Positions 48,718 to 57,078 of a stretch of 57,078 nt of DNA are shown here, one piece after another (the first letter of the stretch is position 1; the number at the start of each line of letters is the position of its first letter). The notes below the pieces were generated by a model. That model saw nothing but the letters and a program-made list of their open reading frames with translations, searched no databases and was not told the origin of the DNA. The DNA comes from Vicugna vicugna. Its lineage: Eukaryota. The translations under genes and the position numbers were made by a program. The stretch covers positions 858,060 to 915,137 of the forward strand of contig MU058793.1 of assembly GCA_013265495.1 (NCBI GenBank). The letters run 5' to 3'.

Positions 48718-49580
48718 TAATTAGACATTACTGCACATACAGTGCGAGAATCAAGCACAAAGATGGAGAGGCATGCAGAAGGACCTACTTTGGATTGGGG
48801 GTCAGAAAGGCTGAGAACCAGCCAGGCCAGGGGTGAGATGAGGAAAAAGTGTTTCAAGCAGAAAAAGCAGCATGTGCAAAGGCCTGGAGGTAGCCATGAG
48901 CTTGGCAAAGTCAAGGAGGTCGAGGAGAGACTGTGAGTAGGGAGTGTGAAGAAAGGTCCAATGATACAATAATATGCTGGAGAGGGAGGCTGAGGCCAGG
49001 TGGCACTGTTCTGAGGGCAGCTCTCCTTTCGTCTAGTTAGCACAGTAATCCTGGCAGGCTGGTCAGGATCATTTCCACCTTTGACAGGTGATGAAATTGA
49101 TGCCCCACACAATTAAATGCCTTGCTCAAAGTTAGGCCGTTGGTAAGCAGCAGAACCCACCCCCCCCATCTTAACCTTATGTTGAACAGATATTTGAATA
49201 TTAATCTGAGATCTCAGGACACTGTCCTGGACTGGAGATTTGGTTTGGTTTGGGGAGGAATCCGTAATTAAATGGCTGCCAAAGCCGTCAAGCGTGGATA
49301 AGACCACAGTGGGCAGAATGTGGGGAAGAGAAGTTCTCATGGCTTTTTAAAAATAAAATTATTCTTGGTATAGAAACATTAATGATTCAATGGAAGAGTC
49401 CTAGATACCTGCAGAGGGCAGAGGGAGTCATCAAGGTGGTCACAGAGATGTAGGGAAAGGAAATGTGAGGATCTGATCCAAACAGTCCTCTAAATACTAG
49501 ATCTGGTGACGGGCTCCCCATCTATGGTGCAGCCAGGTCTCAGTCTGCCTCTTGTCTCTCTGCAGGATGATGGTCTTGAA

Positions 49581-49920
49581 CAGGGGTCAGCAAACTCTTT
49601 TCTGTAAAGGGCCAGACAGTAAGTGTTTTGAGCTTCATGGACATAGGGTTTCAGTTGCAGCTCTTCAACTCTGCAGTAATGGAGTAAAAGCAGCCGTGGA
49701 GGGTGTGGGAATGAATGAGCGTGGCTGTGCTCCAATAAAGCTTTACTGATGGACACTGAAATCTGGGTTTCTTATCATTCTGGGGAGCCACAAGATGTTA
49801 TTCTTATTTTGATTTTTTTCCAATCATTTAAAATTGTAAAAACCATTCTTAGCTCACAGGCTGCACCAAAACAGGCAGTGGGTTGTCTGTGGCCTGTGAG
49901 CTGTAGTTTGCCAACTCTTG
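49581..49920 (+). mobile_element. MER58B (hAT-Charlie)
   Basis: CAGGGGTCAGCAAACT..GTAGTTTGCCAACTCTTG termini; 8-bp flanks GTCTTGAA/ATCTAGAA. Confidence 0.85.
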
Positions 49921-50073
49921 ATCTAGAATCATGGGACCTAAGGTACTAAAAGTCCTTCTCATTGAATTCTTACCTGATCCATGAATCTCCATTGAACATT
50001 CTCAGCCATTTCTTGAGTGCCTCAAGAAAATGGAACTTACTGGGCAACTCAATCCACTGTCAGAAGTTTAAAC

Positions 50074-50501
50074 TGTGCCATAGTTGGGGTTTCCCCAAAG
50101 CAGATCATGCGACGAGGGTTTGGGTGCCAGGAATTTATTTGGGAAGTGATCCCAGAAAGCCTGGTTAGAGTGAAGTAGAAGGGAGGAAAGCCAGTAAAGG
50201 ATGTGTTGATGAGTGAGCTACCACTAGGGCAAAGGGCTCAATCTCTCCAAGGATGCCCGGAGAGACTGTGAGTCCCATGAAGAGGCAAGGAAACTGGGGT
50301 ATCTCCCTACCTCTGTCCCTCATTGGTGGAGGGTTGCTCCTGAGGTCTCCCCATCCCCTCACTTCTGCGTTTGGTCTAAAGTACACACCCTGCAGCCAGA
50401 AGATGCCTAAAGGTAGAAAGAAGTGAGAGGCAGACTTTGCGTTTGGAAGCTGCCAGCAGGTGTCCTCCGGGGGGCACTGACGGGCACAGGTGGGCTCCAC
50501 A
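50074..50501 (-). mobile_element. LTR16-family ERVL LTR
   Basis: GTTGGGGTTTCCCCAAAGCAGA..GAGGGTTTGGGTGCCAGGAATTTATTTGGGAAGTGATCCCAG = antisense LTR16 3' end. Confidence 0.65.
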
Positions 50502-51379
50502 ATGCTTTTCTGACTTGGCTTTCCAAAGTGTGTTCAGGTAACCACTGGGTGCCTCGTGAGATGATTCGGTGTGGCATGAAGTCTCATTCTAGGAGCAGTA
50601 TTTCCTTTCTAAACCGTCTCTTTGATCCTACCCTGCCTCCCTCCGCGGCACTCTGCTGCGCTCTCTGCCCGAGCAGAGCCGGGACTCCAACCTCACTGGC
50701 CTTTCACTTCCTTGAACTTGCCAGACTCTTCCTCCTGCCTACAGTCAACAAAAGAAGTCTCAGTGAAGTACGAGACGATTTTGTATAACCCTTGCTTGTC
50801 TCCTTTCTGGAAAAGGCAGCAGTCCTCAAATTCAGGCCATGGAACAGGCAACAGTAGCTAGCTAAAATTTAATAACATTGTTTTATGTTTAGTTTACAGT
50901 TTCCATCTCTACAAGGCCGGTGTTTCTGGCTTTGCATTTGTAGTAGTAATATTCAGTTTCCTTTGAAATAAATTTATATAAATAACATGTCTGCTTAAAG
51001 AAAAATATTAAATAATAGTATAGGTGGTATGAAATTATAATAAAAATAACCGTTGCTACCACTTAGCACATCCTGTGTGTTGAGCGGTATTCTAAGCACT
51101 TTGCATGTGTAATTTAATTAATCCTCACCACAATCACATGAGTTAAATACTATTTGAGGTAGTACTGTTATTAGCAGAGAAAACAGGCATAGGAAAGTAA
51201 AGTAACTTGCCCAAAATTATATAGCTAGTAAGTGACAGAACTAGAAAATGAATCCAGGCACCCTGCTCCTGTGTGTGTTCCTAGTTGCAGGATTACACTG
51301 CTTCTCACATATTTGACAAAAGAAAGAAAAAAAAAGTAATGATGACACTTGAATTACTGATATTAGGGGAAAGCTGCCA

Positions 51380-51780
51380 TGAAGGATTTCTCTTTTCTAT
51401 CTAGCCAAAATCTGTCTCCCTGTATCTGCCACCCTTGGTTGTCATACTTTCTTCTGGAGCCCCAGAGAACAAACCTGTCCCCTTTTCCCCACTGCCGTCC
51501 TTCAGAGAGTTGATGACAGGGACCCACTGGCCCTCTGGGGTCTTCCTTGCTCTCAATTATACCTTGCCAGTTCCTCCTGCTTGTTCTTTATGGCGTGTTC
51601 TTGGCTTCTTCCTCCAAGCACAGGGTCTCTTTCTTCCTTTTTTATTTTTTTTATTCAACAGGACTTATAAAGTTATTTTGGTGGCTGTAGCCCTTTTTTC
51701 TTGCAGTCCTCCCACCACTCATTCTGGATTTAGAGTAGATGACTGTGGTTGGGATGACTGACGTGGCAAAGAGCAGCTGG
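51380..51780 (-). mobile_element. L3/CR1 LINE fragment
   Basis: AGCCAAAATCTGTCTCCCTGTA..CCACCCTTGG..TCTGGAGCCCCAGAGAACAA..CCTTCAGAGAGTTGATGACAG. Confidence 0.6.
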
Positions 51781-53404
51781 CTAATGACATCAAGAGGAGA
51801 GCCCCGCAGGGCTGGCATGAAGGGGCCAGAGGCTGGGGATGCTCCTTTGCAGGTCAAGATGGAGCTCCTGTAGTGCACATGGAGCTAATCAGGCTGAAAG
51901 GGACAAACTAACCAAATTCACAGCAGCCTGCTGAGGAAGCCAGACCACAAACATATTAAATCACAATGGAACAAGCAGAGTGAAGCCATCTGAAAACTCA
52001 TGTCAGCCTGTCAGCACATGCTTTCCCCTGTTGGGAGGTCACATGGGTCGCCAAATTCTAGTTAGAACGGTGGTATTCATGGAATCAAAACAAGGTGAGC
52101 AAGATGGATGATTTTAATGTCAGGATGGCCTGAGATACTTGTATCCTCTGAGGGGTACCGGGGTCCAGAGGGCACCGCTGCTGGTCTGATCCCCATCCCT
52201 GGCTTCCATGGGACAGACATAACTAATCGATTACCAAATCCTTGCCTTCCTGCTGCTCCCTGGACCAACCTTCTGATCCTCATCCAGGGAGAATTCTGGG
52301 AGGCTCTGATCTGCGTTTAATGCTCCAGGGTTTCCAGAACTCCCACTACTCTGTGACAGACAAGATAGACTCTCAACGACTTGCTCTTGAAGTCTTACTG
52401 CTTTTCCTGAGCTCCTCACCATTTCTCTCTACCTAATATTCCTTCAGCTTATGTTAATACAATTGGCCTCCCACCCCACCCCACCCCCGCCCCCTGCTAT
52501 TGTCAAATCTTGATTTCATTTCCAGGCCTTGCTCTTCCTGCTTTGTCCAGAGGCACATCCTGTCCTGTCCTTAGGAACTTTTGCAGATCAGTGATCATAG
52601 ACATTTTATGTGCATTCTACTGATATACCCTCCCCACATTTCAGGGAGATTTGCTGTGTACCTCCCAGTAACAACTTCCTGCAACCAAGAAGCAGCGTCC
52701 TGGGATGTTGAGTTTTGTTCCACTGTAGAATCTGCAGCATCACAGTTTTAAACTGTTGCTACAGTTATCACTTGTCTACGCCTGGGGCCTGGGGTACAAG
52801 GGGTGTTGAAGAGGGATGGGGCAGGAGAGGAGGCTTAAGGCACTAAATCCGACAAATTATTGAGTTTGCTGCTTCTGAGCATTGTTTATGCTTCTCCAAA
52901 GAGTTAGGAGTCCTGTTATTTCAGAGCAAGCAGACCTTTTGCCAGCCTTTAAAGATGTACATTTTGTATATAACCTCTTTTCCTGCCCCTAGGAAGAACC
53001 TTGATTTACCTTAAAGGAAGATAAAATGCAGACAGAGAATTTGTGGTACTTGAGGCCTATGAGAAAGGCCTCCGTGAGCTCCTCAAGAGGAGAAGTGGGC
53101 CCTGCCCTCAGGGATGGCCCCATCTGACAGGGGAGAGTCAGTTCTCACATTAGGAAAGCTGCCAGTCTGATGCCTCACGAGAGGCACCCTCTCTAACCAC
53201 AGGGAGTCGTATGGAGGCAAAGCATGCAGTGTCCTTGGTGTAAACTGCTTCCCTCCCTGCAGATATTGCTGTATCTGCTGCTTCTCTTCAAGTCTGTCAA
53301 CAGGCAAGCCGTGGGCCTGGCTTTGTTCACAGCTCCATTACATCTGTGCAAATGTGCTCCAGAAGGCCAGGGTTCTGAGGGTCAACCCAGGAATTTGTTT
53401 GTTT

Positions 53405-54420
53405 TTAATAGACTTTTTTTTTTTAAGAACGGTTTAGATTTACAGAGAAATTGAGGCGATAGTGCAGACAGTTCCCATATACGCCACACCCAGGTTCCCC
53501 TACTATTAACCGTTTGTTAACCTTGAGTATGTTTGTTATCATTAACAAACCAATGCTGACACATTATTAATAACCAAAGTCCATAGTTTATTCAGTTTTT
53601 CGGAGTGTTTACCTAATGTCCTTTCTCTTTTCCAGGATCTCGTCCAGTATCCTACATTACCTTTAGTTGTCATGTCTCCTTAGGCTCTTGTTGGCTGACA
53701 ATGTTTCAGAAATCCTGTTTTTGATGACCTTGACAGTTTTGAGGGGTACCAGTTATGTATACTGTAGAATACCCCTCTATTGGAACTTGTGTGATATTTT
53801 TCTCATGATTGGACTAGGGGGTATGGGTTTTGGAGAAGAAGACCACAGAAATAAAGTGCCTTTTTTTTTCTTTTAAAGCTTTAAAAAGATTTTTAATTAA
53901 TTAATTTTTTTTTCTAATGGAGGTACTGGAGATTGAACCCAGGACCTCGTGTGTGCTAAGCATGCGCTCTACCACTGAGCTATGCCCTCCCCTCCTAAGT
54001 GCCATTTTCATCGTATCCCATGAAGCGTTCATAACATCATATGACTTACCACTGTTACTCTCCCTGGATCACCTGGCTTGGGTTGTGTTTGTCAGGTTTC
54101 TTCACTGTAAAGTTACTCTGCTTCCCCCCATTCATACTCCACTCTTGAAAGGAAGTCACTTCGCGCAGCCCATGCTTAAGGGAGTGGGGGGGGTGGTTCT
54201 ATCTTCTTTAAGATAATCTGTCTACATCATTTATTTAGAATTCTGCATGGGAGATTGGGCTCTTCTCTCCCATTTATTGTTTTTTCCTATCTTTTGTGAC
54301 AGTGTGGGCTCATGGATTTTATTTTTCACCTGGGCTGTGATCCAGTTCTACTTTATTTGTGTTTTTGCTCAAATTACCCCAGCTTTGGCTGCTGGGAATG
54401 GAATTTGTGCTTTCAAACTA
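53405..54420 (-). mobile_element. Old L1 (L1MC/MD-like) 3' region, interrupted by a SINE
   Basis: TTTAGATTTACAGAGAAATTGAG..AAAGTCCATAGTTTATTCAG..GATGACCTTGACAGTTTTGAGG..CACTGTAAAGTTACT. Confidence 0.75.
53861..53995 (-). mobile_element. Vic-1-like SINE
   Basis: ATGGAGGTACTGGAGATTGAACCCAGGACCTCGTGTGTGCTAAGCATGCGCTCTACCACTGAGCTATGCCC; flanking AAGTGCC repeats. Confidence 0.9.
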
Positions 54421-55309
54421 GCTCCCGAGCCCTTTCTTACACGTTTTAGAGTTTGAGACCCTTGTAGACCTGGGTTCACACGCCAGCCCTGCCACTTACT
54501 GGCTGTTAAAAAGACGGCCCTTTCCCCACTGGTCTTGGTATTTGCTTTACCACTTGGGCCTCAGTTTTCCCAGGTGGGGATGGAGCTGAGACCGCCATTT
54601 AGGGTTATTGAGTAAGATACACTTGGTAAGTCCTCTGTCAACAGAAGTTATGATTGTTTGGCATTCACATTCTGCCTGGATCTGGCTCCAGAAGGTTACA
54701 AATCAAGGCCGAGTGTGCCTTTCTGGTCCTTGCCCGCCAAGATGACAGGCTGGTGTGGCAGAAGTTCCTGCACAGGTCCCTGTTACCCCGTCACCTCCCC
54801 TCCTGCTGAGGATTCTCTCCCAACTTCTGCCTCTCAGTCACAGCACACGCCAGGCAAACAAACGACCCACCTAGCGTGCCCTCCACCAGTTCACACATCT
54901 GCACATCCTCACTCCCTCAAACCTGCCTCAAACACCACTTCCTCTGCGAAACCGCGCAGCAGCCAAGCAAGAAGTCCCCTCCGCCCCTCTCTGAACTGCC
55001 AGAGCCCTGCTGTGCCCACTCCTGCCTGCTGGCCCTGGTCACTTTAGATCCTGCCTCAAAGCAAGGAGTCCCATCGTCCCCTCAGTGATCCCCATCTTTA
55101 TTCATCTTTCTGTCCCACCTGCACACGCTGGGCCCCTCACACCAGCCCATGGTCTTGTTTGCACCTGGGGTAAGTTTTGACAAACAAAGGAAGTAGGGAA
55201 AAGGCCATTTCATCGGTCTTACTGGGCTTACTGGGAACCTTACTGGGCTTCTCAGAGGTCAAGATGCTGACCCAAGGTCACTTCCATTTACATATATATA
55301 TATATATAT

Positions 55310-57078
55310 TTTTTAATTATGGTAAAATATACAGGGCATAAAAATTACCATTTTAACCATTTTAGAATGTAATGTACAATTCAGTGGCATTCAGAACATA
55401 TACGTTGTTATACAACCAGCCATTACCACAATCCATCTCCAGTTGGATCCAGAACTTTTTCATCTTCCTAAATGGCAACTCATACCATTAAACAAGAGGT
55501 TTAAATTGTTCAACTCATTTCGATTTCCTTCCCATTTTCTCCTTCCTCCAGCCTCTGACAACCACCATTCTGCTTTCTGCCTGTATGATTTTGATGACTC
55601 TAGGTACCTCACGTATGTGGAATCATTCAATATTTGTCCTTTTGTGACTGGCTTATTTTGCTTAGTATAATGTCTTTAAGGTTCAGTCATGATGTAGCAA
55701 ATGTCAGGATTTCCTTCCTTTTTAAGGCTGAATAATATTCTGTTGTATGCATATACAGTATTTAGTTTATCCATTTGTCTGTTGATGGACGATTGGGTTG
55801 CTTCCAGCTTTTGGCTGTTGTGAATAATACTGCTATGAACATGAGTGGACAAATGTCCCTGCTTTTAATTCTTTTAATTCTACAGTGGATCATAAGGTAA
55901 TTCTATATTTTATTTTTTGAGGAATTGTGTACTATTTTCTGCAGCGGCTGCACTATTTTACATTCCCACCTACAATGCACAAAGATTCCTAATGGGAACC
56001 CCACATCCTTGCCAGCACTTGTTTTTTGTTTTGTTAGTTTGCGTGTATGTTTGTTTGTTTTCAGTAATGGCCATTCTAATAGGAGCTCATTGTGGATTTG
56101 ACTTGCATTTCCCTAATGATTAGGGACGTTGAGCATCTTTTCATATGATTATTGTTCGTTTGTGTATCTTCTTTGGAGAAATGTCTCTTCAGGCCTTTTG
56201 CCCATTTTTGAATCAGTTTGTGTTGTTTGTTCTCCTATGTTGTTGTTGTTGAGTTATAGGAGTTCTGTGTATGTTCTGGATATTAACCTCTTATCAGATG
56301 TATGATTTGCAAATATTTTCTCCCATTCTGCCTTTTCACTCTGTGAGTAGTGTCCTTTGATACATACACGTTTTTAACTTTGATGAAGTTCAGTTTACCT
56401 ATTTTTGTTTTTGTTGCCCGGGCTTTAGTTATCATAAACAAATCGTTGCCAATTCCAATGTCATGAGATATTTCCTCTGCTTTCTCGTAAGAGTTTATAG
56501 TTTTAGATCCTGTGTTCAAGTCTTTGATCCATTCTAGGTAATTTTTGTGTACAATATGAAGTGAAGGTTTAGCTTCATTCTTTTGCCTGTGGATATCCAG
56601 TTTTCCTGACACCATTTGTTAAAAAAGACTGCTCTTTCCGCATTGAATGGTTTTGGAACTCTGTTGAAAATTATTTGACTGTATATGCGAGGGTTTATTT
56701 CTAGGTTCTCTCTCCTATTCTACAGGCCTATAGTCAGAAACATACTATTTTGATTACTGTACCTTTGTAGTAAGTTTTGAAATCATAAAGTTTGAGTCCT
56801 CCAGTTTTGTTCTTCTTTTTCAAAATTGTTTTGGCTATTTGGAATTCCTTGAGATTCCTTATGAATTTTAGTCTGAGTTTTTCTATTTCTGCAAAAAATA
56901 TAATTGGGGTCTTAATAGAGATTGCATTTAATCTGTAGATCACTTTGAGTAGTATTGTCATCTTAATATTAAGTCTTCCAATCCATGAACATGGGATGTT
57001 TTTCTATTTATTTGTATCTCCTTTAATTTCTTTCAGCAATGTTTTGCAGTTTTCAGTGAAACAAGTCTTTCACCTCCC
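55310..57078 (-). mobile_element. L1MB-like LINE, 3'UTR plus degraded ORF2, running off the window end
   Basis: ORF fragments [51 protein letters not shown] and WIKDLN..HDIGIGND..KARATKTKI.KL.FIK are L1 ORF2; frameshifted. Confidence 0.92.

Noticed and set aside
55218..55251. Three copies of CTTACTGGG
   Set aside because: Short local slippage repeat; no array structure or spacers

Overview
Mammalian genomic DNA, very likely camelid (alpaca/llama/camel): it carries 11 copies of a tRNA-Ala-derived SINE matching the camelid Vic-1 family, plus young cetartiodactyl-type L1s. Most of the window is repeat-rich intergenic sequence (MIR, L2, L3/CR1, L1, MaLR/ERVL/ERV1 LTRs, hAT and Tigger fossils), broken by AT-rich, repeat-free blocks that look like conserved enhancers. 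The only credible gene is missing from the supplied ORF track because it falls below the 60-aa cutoff. It is a 52-aa minus-strand ORF (38501-38659) with a strong Kozak context, an N-terminal MGC-x-x-S-K myristoylation/palmitoylation signal and its own CCAAT/TATA-like promoter. I recognise it from memory as the orthologue of human CHD9NB, which would place the window in the region upstream of CHD9. Other highlights are a CpG island centred on a near-consensus CTCF site (~46.3-46.9 kb), a MER41-like ERV transcript apparently retroposed by L1 (poly(A), long TSD, no U5; 21596-22312), and a heavily nested ERV1 proviral remnant (~29.9-33.4 kb). Repeat family names come from recalled consensus sequences, not a database search, and repeat boundaries are approximate unless a TSD is given.
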